A stretch of DNA of 64,000 bases from Salinivirgaceae bacterium (GTDB lineage: Bacteria; Bacteroidota; Bacteroidia; Bacteroidales; SZUA-534), in the NCBI GenBank assembly GCA_024405635.1, contig JAKSOL010000012.1, forward strand, positions 1 through 64,000, written 5' to 3'. The notes under the pieces were generated by a model. The model was not told where the DNA came from and did not search any database. It saw nothing but the letters and a program-made list of their open reading frames with translations. Numbering within the stretch: position 1 is the first letter of the stretch; the number at the start of each line of letters is the position of its first letter. Of the stretch, positions 36,674 to 46,506 are shown in pieces. Position numbers and translations under genes: made by a program.

Positions 36674-38031
36674 TGCACTATCATTTTATAGCAATTGGCG
36701 GTAGCGCCATGCACAATTTGGCTATCGCACTTCACCAAAAAGGCGAAAAAGTTACAGGCTCCGACGATGAGATTTTTGAGCCATCGCGTTCGCGCTTGGC
36801 AGCTCATGGCCTGTTGCCTAATTACCAAGGTTGGAATCCCGATGTAATTACATCCGATGTTGATGCCATTGTTTTGGGAATGCACGCAAAACTTGACAAC
36901 CCAGAACTTATTAAAGCTCAACAACTTGGATTAAAAGTTTATTCTTATCCAGAGTTCCTATATAACCAAACAAAAGATAAAACGAGAGTTGTTATTGGTG
37001 GTAGTCACGGAAAAACAACCACAACGGCAATGGTTATGCATGTGCTAAAGTCGGTAGGAATGCCATTTGACTATATGGTTGGTGCCAAAGTTAACGGATT
37101 CGATACGATGGTTGGTTTAAGCAATGAAGCAAAAGTGGCAGTGTTTGAGGGCGATGAGTATTTAACCTCGCCAATCGATCCACGTCCAAAATTTCACTTG
37201 TATCAACCAAACATTGCATTGGTTACAGGCATTGCTTGGGACCACATCAATGTTTTCAAAACCTTTCCAGATTACGTGTGGCAATTCAGTCATTTTGCCG
37301 AATTGGTTGAAAAAAACGGTTCGTTTATTTTCTTTGAAGAAGATGCTGAACTGCAAAAAATAGCAGCAGAGTTACGTCCCGACATAAAACCTTTGCCATA
37401 CGGAACTCATAACTTTGAAATAGCCGACGGAAAAACCTATTTGGTTGATGGAGAAAATCGTTATGCACTAAATATTTTTGGTAAGCACAATTTGCAAAAC
37501 ATTTCGGGCGCATTGCAAATTTGCCTTCAGTTGGGAATCAGTAAACAAGACTTTTATACTGCAATAAGTACTTTCTGTGGTGCCGATCGTCGTTTGCAGC
37601 AAATTTACCAATCAGATAATGGTATCGCATTTTACGATTTTGCACATTCGCCATCAAAACTAAAGGCAACTATTGAGGCTGTTCGGTTGCAATTCCCTGA
37701 CAAGAAAATTGTGGCCTGCATGGAATTACATACATATAGCAGTTTGAGTAGCAATTTCTTGGAGCAATATAACGGTACAATGAGTCAGGCTGACGAAGCG
37801 TATGTTTTCTTTAGCCATCATGCAATAGAACTTAAGCGTCTTGAAGAGATTTCGGTGGCGCAAGTTGAGGCATCATTTAACAAGGATGGATTAAAAGCTT
37901 TTGATGATGTTGATGCGTTAATTGACGTTTTGAAGAATCAAAAACGTTCAAATTTTGTATTGCTATTTTTGAGCTCAGGCAATTTTGCTGGTCAAAACTT
38001 AAAAGAACTTGCATCGGAAATAGTTGGCTAA
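36673..38031 (+). CDS. mpl: Mur-ligase family protein (Mpl/MurC-like murein peptide ligase)
   Basis: HFIAIGGSAM, GSHGKTTT, FEGDEY, DHIN, DFAHSP. Confidence 0.8.
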   Translation: MHYHFIAIGGSAMHNLAIALHQKGEKVTGSDDEIFEPSRSRLAAHGLLPNYQGWNPDVITSDVDAIVLGMHAKLDNPELIKAQQLGLKVYSYPEFLYNQTKDKTRVVIGGSHGKTTTTAMVMHVLKSVGMPFDYMVGAKVNGFDTMVGLSNEAKVAVFEGDEYLTSPIDPRPKFHLYQPNIALVTGIAWDHINVFKTFPDYVWQFSHFAELVEKNGSFIFFEEDAELQKIAAELRPDIKPLPYGTHNFEIADGKTYLVDGENRYALNIFGKHNLQNISGALQICLQLGISKQDFYTAISTFCGADRRLQQIYQSDNGIAFYDFAHSPSKLKATIEAVRLQFPDKKIVACMELHTYSSLSSNFLEQYNGTMSQADEAYVFFSHHAIELKRLEEISVAQVEASFNKDGLKAFDDVDALIDVLKNQKRSNFVLLFLSSGNFAGQNLKELASEIVG

Positions 38032-38057
38032 TAACTTAAAAATGAGCGACATATAAT

Positions 38058-38088
38058 AAGAGAGGCCATTTGGTCTCTCTTTTTTTTT
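38058..38088 (+). terminator. Intrinsic terminator
   Basis: aagagaggcca-tt-tggtctctctt followed by a T-run. Confidence 0.75.
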
Positions 38089-38140
38089 GATTTGTATTCG
38101 TAAAAAGCTATTTTTAAGAGAACAATAAAACCATACAACT

Positions 38141-38824
38141 ATGGAAATGAAAAAGAACCCCAAAGCCGACATGCAACGCCACACTGGCCTATTCTTGGAA
38201 ATTGGGTTGGCTTTATCATTAGCACTGGTATTAGGCGTAATTTCATACACAGTGCGCGAGAAAAACACCTCTTTCTTGACCGACAATCGCGGTGAGGAAT
38301 TGAGCGAGGAACTATTACCTATTAATACCTATAGGCAAGAAACTCCACCTCCACCAAAAGAGATGCCAAAAATTGCTGAGATTATCAATATTATTGACGA
38401 CCCCGATGTGGAAATTCCTGATGATATATGGGAGGTTGTTGATCCAGAAGATAATCTTGCAGTTGACATTATTCCAATGGATTTTACTGAAGAAGTTGTT
38501 GAAGACGAAGTTCCATTTATCACCGCTGAAGTGATGCCGGAATTTCCGGGAGGAATAGTAGCATTGCAAAAGTACATTGCTCAACACGTTGTTTTTCCTG
38601 AAGTTGCAAAACAAAATGGTGCACAAGGAAAAGTGTATGTTAGTTTTGTTATAGGTAAAACTGGCGAAGTTGAGGATGTAAAAATACTTCGTGGAGTTGA
38701 TCCTGCGCTTGACAAAGAGGCAATTCGTGTAGTAAAGAGCCTTCCAAAGTGGAAACCAGGCTCGCAACGTGGAAAAGCAGTGAGGGTGGCATATAACGTA
38801 CCAATTAGTTTTAAACTAAATTAG
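38141..38824 (+). CDS. tonB: Energy transducer TonB (paralog 1)
   Basis: N-terminal TM, PPPP linker, MPEFPGG...QGKVYVSFVI...LDKEAIRVV...WKPG. Confidence 0.92.
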   Translation: MEMKKNPKADMQRHTGLFLEIGLALSLALVLGVISYTVREKNTSFLTDNRGEELSEELLPINTYRQETPPPPKEMPKIAEIINIIDDPDVEIPDDIWEVVDPEDNLAVDIIPMDFTEEVVEDEVPFITAEVMPEFPGGIVALQKYIAQHVVFPEVAKQNGAQGKVYVSFVIGKTGEVEDVKILRGVDPALDKEAIRVVKSLPKWKPGSQRGKAVRVAYNVPISFKLN

Positions 38825-38840
38825 TAAAACATATAGTTCG

Positions 38841-38878
38841 AAAAGCCGATAATTGATTTTCCAATTGTCGGCTTTTTT
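38841..38878 (+). terminator. Intrinsic terminator
   Basis: aaaagccgataattg...caattgtcggctttttt. Confidence 0.8.
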
Positions 38879-39055
38879 AGTGTTATGCCAATTGAAATTT
38901 AGTATCAAGAGTTCAGTGTAGGCTAATTGTAGTAGCCCAATATGTTGTAACACAATTGTTTCAATTAGCGATTAAGTAGTAACAAACGATTGCATTTTTT
39001 GCTTTGTTTTTCTAATCAAAGATTCTACTTTAGGCGCATCAAAAAAATCATTTTT

Positions 39056-39736
39056 ATGGAACTAAAAAAGAACCCAAAAGCCGACATGAGCCGTCATGCT
39101 TTTCTCTTTCTAGAGATTGGTTTGGCTTGTGCTTTATTATTAGTGCTCGGCGCATTTAGCTACACGGTTCGCGAAAAAAATACCGCTGGTTTGGGCGAAC
39201 TTGAAGATGTAGTTGCAGAAGAGGAGATTATTCCTATTACACGTCAACAAGAAGCTCCACCTCCACCACCACAAGAAGTACCAAAAGTGGCTGAGGTTAT
39301 TGACATCGTAGATGACGACGTTGAAATTGAAGACGAGTTGACTATCGATGACGTTGAGGCTGACCAAGACACACAAGTTGAAATTGTGGAAATGGCAGAA
39401 GAGGAAGAGGTTGAAGAAGAGGAAGTGTTTATCGTTGTAGAAAACATGCCTGAATTCCCTGGTGGCGACGCCGCTCTTCGTAAACATATTGCACAAAACG
39501 TTGTGTTCCCTGAAATAGCCAAAGAAAACGGTATTCAAGGAAAAGTATATGTAAGCTTTGTGATTAACCAAAAAGGCGAAGTTGAGAATGTTAAAGTTCT
39601 TCGTGGCGTTGATCCTTCGCTCGATAAAGAAGCTATCCGTGTGGTTAAAGCACTTCCAAAATGGAAACCAGGTTCACAACGCGGAAAACCAGTTAAGGTT
39701 TCGTACAACGTACCTATCAATTTCCAATTGAACTAA
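39056..39736 (+). CDS. tonB: Energy transducer TonB (paralog 2)
   Basis: MELKKNPKAD start at 39056; same TonB C-terminal motifs with an acidic linker. Confidence 0.92.
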   Translation: MELKKNPKADMSRHAFLFLEIGLACALLLVLGAFSYTVREKNTAGLGELEDVVAEEEIIPITRQQEAPPPPPQEVPKVAEVIDIVDDDVEIEDELTIDDVEADQDTQVEIVEMAEEEEVEEEEVFIVVENMPEFPGGDAALRKHIAQNVVFPEIAKENGIQGKVYVSFVINQKGEVENVKVLRGVDPSLDKEAIRVVKALPKWKPGSQRGKPVKVSYNVPINFQLN

Positions 39737-39759
39737 CCAAGAACCTAACAAATAACACC

Positions 39760-39793
39760 AAGCCGACAGCTTTCTTAGTTGTCGGCTTTTTTT
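39760..39793. terminator. Intrinsic terminator
   Basis: aagccgacagc...gttgtcggcttttttt. Confidence 0.8.
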
Positions 39794-39823
39794 GTTCATG
39801 GTTGTTGGCTAAAATTTAGTTTG

Positions 39824-40237
39824 TTACTTGCTGTTATAGTCTTCTATTATTTTGTGAACAATAGGAAGGTCGGCAGCAGCCCAATCAAGATGCATAAGCT
39901 CGTTTGCTTTGAGCCAAGCGAAATCATTGTGTTCAGTGAGTTGAAATGTGTTAGAAGTTTGTTCGCAAGCAAATGCCTGCATTGTAATGTCAAAATCGGG
40001 GTAGCTGTGATGTACTGTGCATAATGCTTTTTTTATAGCTATTTGCATGTGCAGTTCTTCGCCAATTTCACGAACAATGGCATCTTCTGGAGTCTCGTTA
40101 GGTTCAATTTTCCCACCAGGGAATTCCCATTTCCATGATGTATAATTATGAATGCTTGCAGCCCGTTGTGTGCAAAGTATCTGTCTGTTACTATTTATAA
40201 TAACAGCAGCAACAACACTAACGTGTTTGCGGTTCAT
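39824..40237 (-). CDS. NUDIX hydrolase (MutT/NudG-like)
   Basis: WEFPGGKIEPNETPEDAIVREIGEEL Nudix box; WAAAD. Confidence 0.9.
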   Translation of the reverse strand: MNRKHVSVVAAVIINSNRQILCTQRAASIHNYTSWKWEFPGGKIEPNETPEDAIVREIGEELHMQIAIKKALCTVHHSYPDFDITMQAFACEQTSNTFQLTEHNDFAWLKANELMHLDWAAADLPIVHKIIEDYNSK

Positions 40238-40245
40238 TTGAATAT

Positions 40246-41148
40246 TTATTTGGCGTTTTTGATTTTTTCGTACTTGCTGATGTTGCTTGCATCAATCTCC
40301 TTAAGTACGTTGTATGCTTTGTTGCGTAGCGATTGGTCAGAGCACCCACTGAATACGTTCACAAATTCTTCAACTTTTGCATCGCACATTATCTGCATTA
40401 AGTAAGATGCTGATTTTTGGCGATTAACCTTCAGTAGGTTGTTCATGTCGGTGGTTATGGTACGAACTGCGTCAATAGGGTTTGTCGCAAGCATATCCAT
40501 TCCTAGCCGGTGATAGGTGTAGTTAAATTCGCGAATTGGTGCGTAAACTGAGTTCATCAAATTTTCGGTAAGCCAATATCTGTTTCTTCTATCTTCATAC
40601 GACTTCCAACCAGTAAACTGCGAACCTTGAGCATTGGTTACAATTTGTTGTGCTTTTTCGAAATACGGAGTGCCTCCCATTTTTGAGAACGAATCGTAAT
40701 CAAATCCTAAAATGACATAAACGTAGTAGGCAATTAGCGACGAAAGGTCGTTGTGGCTGTTTTCATTAAACACAATTTCTTCGCCATCGGTGTGACGAAA
40801 ACGGACATTTTTGTCCAATATTTTCAGTATTGGCGACTCATATCCAGTGCCATATACTGGGCGACTTGATATGATTTGAATTGTACCTTGAAAATCGTCG
40901 GGATGACTATACTGCGTGATGTTAATCAACATGTTGCACTTTATACGTTCTTCGGGCTTAAAAACGTTGTTAGTCCATACCTGACTTTGTGCAAAGTCAT
41001 TAAGAGCTTTTTGAAGATTATCAAAAATTGTGCGGTCGGCACCTTGAATGTTTGAATGGTTTACTTGAATGCGTAATTCTAGTTCTTGTGCGTTGGTGGA
41101 GAATGCAAGCAGCAGCAAGAGTGAGAGTATTACGCAGTACCTTTTCAT
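40246..41148 (-). CDS. porD: DUF4835 family protein (T9SS-associated PorD)
   Basis: AQEL, SSRPVY, AYYVYVILGFDYDSF, YHRLGMD; canonical position after coaBC in Bacteroidetes. Confidence 0.8.
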   Translation of the reverse strand: MKRYCVILSLLLLLAFSTNAQELELRIQVNHSNIQGADRTIFDNLQKALNDFAQSQVWTNNVFKPEERIKCNMLINITQYSHPDDFQGTIQIISSRPVYGTGYESPILKILDKNVRFRHTDGEEIVFNENSHNDLSSLIAYYVYVILGFDYDSFSKMGGTPYFEKAQQIVTNAQGSQFTGWKSYEDRRNRYWLTENLMNSVYAPIREFNYTYHRLGMDMLATNPIDAVRTITTDMNNLLKVNRQKSASYLMQIMCDAKVEEFVNVFSGCSDQSLRNKAYNVLKEIDASNISKYEKIKNAK

Positions 41149-42350
41149 ATTGTAGAAAGGGTTTCGGTTATTTGGTCTAAAATATCGGCGGCAACTAGTT
41201 GTTTGCTTTTTTGCTCGTACTCGATTTTCTTGCCCGAACGTTGAATGATAGTGACTTTGTTAGTGTCGCATACAAATCCCGAACCCTCAACATTCGCTTG
41301 GTTCAACACAATAAAATCAAGATTCTTTTTTTCAAGTTTGCTTTGAGCGTTTGCTAATCCGTTCTCGGTTTCAAGGGCAAAACCAACTAATGCTTGTTTT
41401 TGCTTTTTTATTTTGCCAAGACTAGCAGCAATGTCGGGATTGGGTTCTAGTTGTAGAGTGAGCGATTGTTCTGTTTTTTTCATTTTTTGCTCTGCAACCA
41501 CAGCGGGGCGATAATCGGCAACAGCGGCTGATAAAATTGCAGCGTCGCAGTTTGCAAAGTGTTCCATGCAAGTGTTAAACATTTGTTGCGCCGATTCAAC
41601 GTCGATTCGAACTACTGAAGGGTTAGAAATTTTTTGTTGCGAAGTACCGCTTATTAGAATGACTTTTGCGCCACGGCTTGCTGCTTCGTTTGCAATTGCA
41701 AATCCCATTTTCCCCGATGAGTAGTTGCCAATAAAACGTACTGGATCAATTTTTTCGTACGTAGGTCCAGCGGTTACTAAAATGGTTTTTCCAGCAAGTG
41801 TCTGTTGTTTGGCAAAGTGATTAGCTATTGTGCTGGCAATTTGCTCAGGTTCTGCCATTCGTCCTTTTCCTATCAATCCGCTTGCGAGTTCACCGCTATC
41901 GGCATCTATAATAATGTTTCCAAAAGAGCGCAAAGTAGCCAAGTTGTGTTGTGTGGCTGGGTGTGCGTACATGTCCAAATCCATTGCAGGTGCAATAAAT
42001 ACGGGACATTTAGCTGATAGGTATGAAGTTACAAGAAGATTATCGGCAATGCCATTGGCCATTTTTCCTATGGTGTTGGCGGTTGCGGGCGCAATGACCA
42101 TTGCATCGGCCCATAGTCCTAGGCTGACATGGCTATTCCAATCGCCGTTTTCAGGGTTATAGAACTCGGTTAAAACGGGATTTTTTGCCAATGTGGCAAG
42201 GGTAAGAGGTGCAATAAATTGTTTGGCCGAGGGTGTCATTACAACTTTTACGTTGGCACCCTCTTTAACAAACAAACGGACGAGATAAGCCGCTTTATAG
42301 GCAGCTATCCCCCCCGTAATGCCTAGTAAGATATTTTTACCCGACAACAT
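41145..42350 (-). CDS. coaBC: Bifunctional phosphopantothenoylcysteine decarboxylase/ligase
   Basis: GITGGIAAYK, APATANT, GKGRMAEP, DPVRFIGNYSSGKMG, GFALET. Confidence 0.97.
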   Translation of the reverse strand: MLSGKNILLGITGGIAAYKAAYLVRLFVKEGANVKVVMTPSAKQFIAPLTLATLAKNPVLTEFYNPENGDWNSHVSLGLWADAMVIAPATANTIGKMANGIADNLLVTSYLSAKCPVFIAPAMDLDMYAHPATQHNLATLRSFGNIIIDADSGELASGLIGKGRMAEPEQIASTIANHFAKQQTLAGKTILVTAGPTYEKIDPVRFIGNYSSGKMGFAIANEAASRGAKVILISGTSQQKISNPSVVRIDVESAQQMFNTCMEHFANCDAAILSAAVADYRPAVVAEQKMKKTEQSLTLQLEPNPDIAASLGKIKKQKQALVGFALETENGLANAQSKLEKKNLDFIVLNQANVEGSGFVCDTNKVTIIQRSGKKIEYEQKSKQLVAADILDQITETLSTI

Positions 42351-42365
42351 AATTGTTGGCCGGTT

Positions 42366-42695
42366 TTATTTTGCGTCTTCGTCAGGATGACGCCAAGTGA
42401 TTTCGTCGTTTGAGAATTCCTCGGTAGCGATAGATGTTGGTTTTGGCATCTTTTCGTAGAACTTAGAAATCTCAATTTGTTCACGGTTTTCAAATACTTC
42501 TTCTAAATTGTCGGTATATGAAGCAAACTCCTCAAGTTTGTTGCCAAGTTCTTTCTTAATCTCGGTTGAGATTTGGTTTGCGCGGCGCGAAATGATTGCG
42601 ATGCTTTGGTATAAATTACCAGTTTTTGATTCGATGCCTCTTAAATCGCGAGTAATGGTGCTCGTTGGAGCAGTAGTTTTTTTGTAATCTGCCAT
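42366..42695 (-). CDS. rpoZ: DNA-directed RNA polymerase omega subunit (Bacteroidetes type)
   Basis: TGNLYQSIAIISRRANQI, LEEVFENREQIEISKFYEKMPKP; lies between bamD and coaBC. Confidence 0.9.
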   Translation of the reverse strand: MADYKKTTAPTSTITRDLRGIESKTGNLYQSIAIISRRANQISTEIKKELGNKLEEFASYTDNLEEVFENREQIEISKFYEKMPKPTSIATEEFSNDEITWRHPDEDAK

Positions 42696-42698
42696 CTC

Positions 42699-43493
42699 TT
42701 ATAAATTTTTGATTTGGTTTACTGTTTTTTGGTACATGTCCTCAATTTCTTTAATGTATTGAGATTGAGGATATTCGTCTATAAATGCGTAGTATTCAGT
42801 AACTGTGTTTTGAAAACGTTCAGCTTTTTTTGATTCAATGCTATTTTCAGCTAATAAATAGCTCGATTTTACCACCATATACATTAGTTCTTCGCGGTAT
42901 TTTGTATCGGGATATTCTTTCAAACTATTGTGAAGAGTAATGGTAGCTGCTTGGTAATCGCCAATTTGGTAGTATAGTTTGGCGGTCATGTATGATTTTT
43001 CTTCTAGTTTGTGTCTCAATTCGCTTATCAAGTTGTTGCAGTCTTCAACTTTGTTACCGTTAGGGAATTTGTTTATGTAAGTTTGAAATGCATTAATGGC
43101 TTTAATTGTAGTAGTTTGGTCTAGGTCGGGTCGTGGAGAGTCTTTGTAGTAGCAATATGCTGCCATGTAGTATGCCAACTCAACGCTATCGTTAAGTGGA
43201 TATGTGGTGTAAAAGTTCTCAAAGTAGTGAGACCCAAACACGTAGTCGCCTAAATGGTAAAAGCAATCGGCATACAAAAACAAAGCCCTTTCTCCTTTGT
43301 CGCTACCTTTCATTACGTTAACAACGTTGTCAAACAATGTTTTTGCACGGAAATAGTCGCCGTATTCGTAGTAATCGAGCGCTTTGTTGTACATTAGGTT
43401 ATAGTCGTTGCTTTGTTGGATACGATAATACTCGCTGCAATTAGCGAATAGTAATCCTAACAACAACCAAGCTATGCTTTTAATTTTATTCAT
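42699..43493 (-). CDS. bamD: Outer-membrane protein assembly factor BamD
   Basis: Lipobox FANC, TPR repeats, SPRPDLDQTTT; bamD-rpoZ-coaBC synteny. Confidence 0.9.
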   Translation of the reverse strand: MNKIKSIAWLLLGLLFANCSEYYRIQQSNDYNLMYNKALDYYEYGDYFRAKTLFDNVVNVMKGSDKGERALFLYADCFYHLGDYVFGSHYFENFYTTYPLNDSVELAYYMAAYCYYKDSPRPDLDQTTTIKAINAFQTYINKFPNGNKVEDCNNLISELRHKLEEKSYMTAKLYYQIGDYQAATITLHNSLKEYPDTKYREELMYMVVKSSYLLAENSIESKKAERFQNTVTEYYAFIDEYPQSQYIKEIEDMYQKTVNQIKNL

Positions 43494-43828
43494 AACTGCT
43501 TATAAACTATTACCTAACGTGCTTTTTTGATATTTATTGGATACAACCCAAAAAATGGACTGCAAATATACATAAATGCTTTATAGTTAATATTCTATTT
43601 TTCTTCTTTGCTATGCTTTTAGGTATGTTTTTGCGATATTTGTTTTGGTTGTTGTGCAGTACGTTGTTTTTTTCTTTTATGGTGGTTTATGGTGTCGAAA
43701 TATGTAATTGCTTTGGTTATGTGTGGTTTAAACTAAAAAAGTTTGTGCTTTTTTGTTAATAAATAGACAATAATCATAAAAATAATGTTGATATATTCGC
43801 ACATGGAACTATTGTAAATGACAAATTG

Positions 43829-44311
43829 ATGAAATTGCTAAAAAAAATAAAGCTGAAGAATGTGTACATAGTTTTGATGGCGTTTTACCTTATTGTGGTA
43901 GGTATAATGTGTATGTATGCAAATTCGGCAGTTGATTTGGTTAAGGGTAGCGATTTGTTTGAAACGTTAAATAAAATCCAAAAGCCGATAAGTGTTGCCA
44001 ATATTGTGTTTTTTGCAGTGCTGTTGGTAGTTTCGGTGTTTATTTATATGCATCATAACAAAAAAATGCCAATGTATTTGGCATGCGCAACTTATAGCGC
44101 ATTCACGTTATTTATATATGTGCGATTAAGCCAAATATTTTATCAGGTTGGCGGCGATGGACCTACTTCGGGCAATTATTGGCTCCTTGTCTTTATTGGT
44201 GTTATTTTTATTGCTGGTGCGTTAATTGTTTCGGCCATGGCCACAATAGCCATCAAGAATTTACTTAAGCATAATCAAAAAATCAATTATATAGAAAGGA
44301 AACAGAAATGA
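43829..44311 (+). CDS. Hypothetical four-TM membrane protein
   Basis: Four hydrophobic segments; overlaps the next gene by ATGA. Confidence 0.7.
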   Translation: MKLLKKIKLKNVYIVLMAFYLIVVGIMCMYANSAVDLVKGSDLFETLNKIQKPISVANIVFFAVLLVVSVFIYMHHNKKMPMYLACATYSAFTLFIYVRLSQIFYQVGGDGPTSGNYWLLVFIGVIFIAGALIVSAMATIAIKNLLKHNQKINYIERKQK

Positions 44312-44727
44312 GCAGTTCTTTGTTTATTAAGGGCAATGATATTTCGCCTCAAGTTTATTTCGATGTAAACAAATGTATATATGAAATAAATGGACGATCG
44401 ATGTCAGTTAGCGCCATCTCAACATTCCAAACTGTTTTGGATTGGGTGGCTAATGAGTTGCCAGGAATTACAAACTCGTTTACTCTTGCGCTTAAGTTTC
44501 AATATTTGAATTCCTCTTCAAGTAAAATGGTAGGGGTGTTGTTATCTGATTTGGAAACACAATATCTGTCGGGAAAAGTGATTGATGTTGAGTGGTATTT
44601 TGATAACGACGACGAAGACATTCAGGCACTAGGCGATGAATTTGTTAGTTCAAAAAAGATGCCTATTAAGCTGATTGGAGTTGACGATATGTCGCAGATT
44701 TTTAGAACTTGGCGTACTGATGATTAA
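44308..44727 (+). CDS. DUF1987 / SiaC-family protein
   Basis: SPQVYFD, INGRS, YLNSSSSK, WYFDNDDEDI...GDEF. Confidence 0.85.
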   Translation: MSSSLFIKGNDISPQVYFDVNKCIYEINGRSMSVSAISTFQTVLDWVANELPGITNSFTLALKFQYLNSSSSKMVGVLLSDLETQYLSGKVIDVEWYFDNDDEDIQALGDEFVSSKKMPIKLIGVDDMSQIFRTWRTDD

Positions 44728-45103
44728 ACTAATTTTAGCTGTAGGTGCGGGCAGTTTCCTTGGGGGAATTGCTCGTTTTTTATTGTCGAAAAGTATAAAT
44801 GCGGTGTCAGTATTTGCTTTTCCATTAGCAACATTTGTGGTAAACATACTAGGTTGTTTTGCTATTGGTTTTTTTAGCGGAATGGCATTGCATTCGTCGC
44901 AAATTAACGAAACATGGCGTTTGTTTTTAACAGTTGGGTTTTGTGGTGGATTTACTACGTTTTCAACTTTTGCAAACGAGAATCTTAATTTGCTGCAAAA
45001 TGATCATATTGTTGGTTTTGCTCTCTATGCAGCTTTAAGCCTTTTTGTTGGTATAATCGCTGTATATTTGGGCAATTTATTATCAAGTAATATTTTTAAA
45101 TAA
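44720..45103 (+). CDS. crcB: Fluoride efflux channel CrcB/FluC
   Basis: GSFLGGIARF, FPLATFVVNILGC, GFCGGFTTFSTF. Confidence 0.95.
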   Translation: MIKLILAVGAGSFLGGIARFLLSKSINAVSVFAFPLATFVVNILGCFAIGFFSGMALHSSQINETWRLFLTVGFCGGFTTFSTFANENLNLLQNDHIVGFALYAALSLFVGIIAVYLGNLLSSNIFK

Positions 45104-45113
45104 CATACTGAAA

Positions 45114-46079
45114 ATGAGACATTTTACATCGGTTTTCGATTTGCCAAACCTAAACGAAGCTCTGAAACAAGCTGCCGAGGTTAAGAAAAATCCATTTGGA
45201 TACGAGCACTTGGGCAAGCACAAAACATGCTTGCTAATTTTCTTTAACAATAGTTTGAGAACACGCTTAAGCACTCAAAAAGCAGCACGCAATTTGGGTA
45301 TGGACGTAATTGTTCTTGATGTTAACCAAGGAGCATGGAAACTTGAAACTGAGCGCGGTGTTATTATGGATGGCGACAAAAGTGAACACTTGTTGGAGGC
45401 TATTCCAGTAATGGCTCAATACTGCGATGTGTTGGGAGTTCGTTCGTTTGCGCGTTTCGAGAGTCGCGAGGACGACTACACCGAAAAGATTCTTAATCAA
45501 TTTATTAAATACTCGGGTAAACCAGTTTTCTCAATGGAAGCTGCTACAGGCCATCCACTTCAAGCTTTGGCTGACCTTATTACCATTGAAGAACACAAAA
45601 AAGTTGAGCGTCCTAAAGTTGTGTTGACATGGGCTCCACATCCACGTGCACTGCCTCAAGCTGTACCAAACTCGTTTGCTGACTTTATGAATGAGGCTAA
45701 TGTTGACTTTGTAATTACTCACCCCGAAGGGTACGAACTTGACCCTAAATTTGTTCGTGGTGCAAAAGTAGAGTACAACCAAAAGAAGGCTTTTGAAGGC
45801 GCTGACTTTATCTACGCAAAAAACTGGTCGTGCCCAGGTGTAACTAATCCTGACAAATATGGTCAGATTTTGAGCAAAGACATGAGCTGGACTGTTGATA
45901 CAGAACACATGAATTGGACCAACGATGCCAAATTTATGCACTGCTTGCCAGTTCGCCGTAACATGATTGTAACCGACGACGTTATTGAAAGTCCAAATTC
46001 AATTGTGATTCAAGAAGCAGCCAACCGCGTTGTGTCGGCTCAAACAGTTTTGAAGATGATTTTGGAGAGCGAGTTTTAA
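45114..46079 (+). CDS. argF: N-acyl(succinyl)-ornithine carbamoyltransferase (ArgF')
   Basis: NSLRT, DKSEHLLEA, HPLQ, WAPHPRALPQAVPNSF, HCLPVRRN. Confidence 0.9.
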   Translation: MRHFTSVFDLPNLNEALKQAAEVKKNPFGYEHLGKHKTCLLIFFNNSLRTRLSTQKAARNLGMDVIVLDVNQGAWKLETERGVIMDGDKSEHLLEAIPVMAQYCDVLGVRSFARFESREDDYTEKILNQFIKYSGKPVFSMEAATGHPLQALADLITIEEHKKVERPKVVLTWAPHPRALPQAVPNSFADFMNEANVDFVITHPEGYELDPKFVRGAKVEYNQKKAFEGADFIYAKNWSCPGVTNPDKYGQILSKDMSWTVDTEHMNWTNDAKFMHCLPVRRNMIVTDDVIESPNSIVIQEAANRVVSAQTVLKMILESEF

Positions 46080-46118
46080 CTGAACTGAAAGTTCTATAGA
46101 ACCCACGTTGTGTATTAA

Positions 46119-46165
46119 AAATCCATGTATCTAATTGGCTTTTATACAATTAGATGCATGGATTT
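46119..46165 (+). terminator. Long hairpin downstream of argF'
   Basis: aaatccatgtatctaattg / caattagatgcatggattt. Confidence 0.65.
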
Positions 46166-46398
46166 CTTTATTGTAAAGTACTATAAAATGCTCGTTGCAG
46201 ACTGATTTCAAAAGTTCCACCTATTACTTGCTTGCAAGTCGTTGATTTTTAACTAGGTATAGACAATGAAAGTCTAAAATCTTTGGTTTTCGATTAAAAT
46301 ACAACGGGGTATGAATGGATACTTTTTACGCAAAAGAAAGGTGTTGGAAGAATAACGCAGAAATCTTTTCGAGATAAAGCAATTGTATTACAATTAAC

Positions 46399-46431
46399 AA
46401 GGCATGCCCACTTGCAAGGCATGCTTTTTTT
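46399..46431 (+). terminator. Intrinsic terminator with no adjacent upstream CDS
   Basis: aaggcatgcc...ggcatgc followed by a T7 run. Confidence 0.6.
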
Positions 46432-46506
46432 GTGTGTTTTGTGAACTTTTATACTTTCCAACTTTAGTACACTTTGCTATATTGCCATAACCAAAACACA
46501 AGAACT

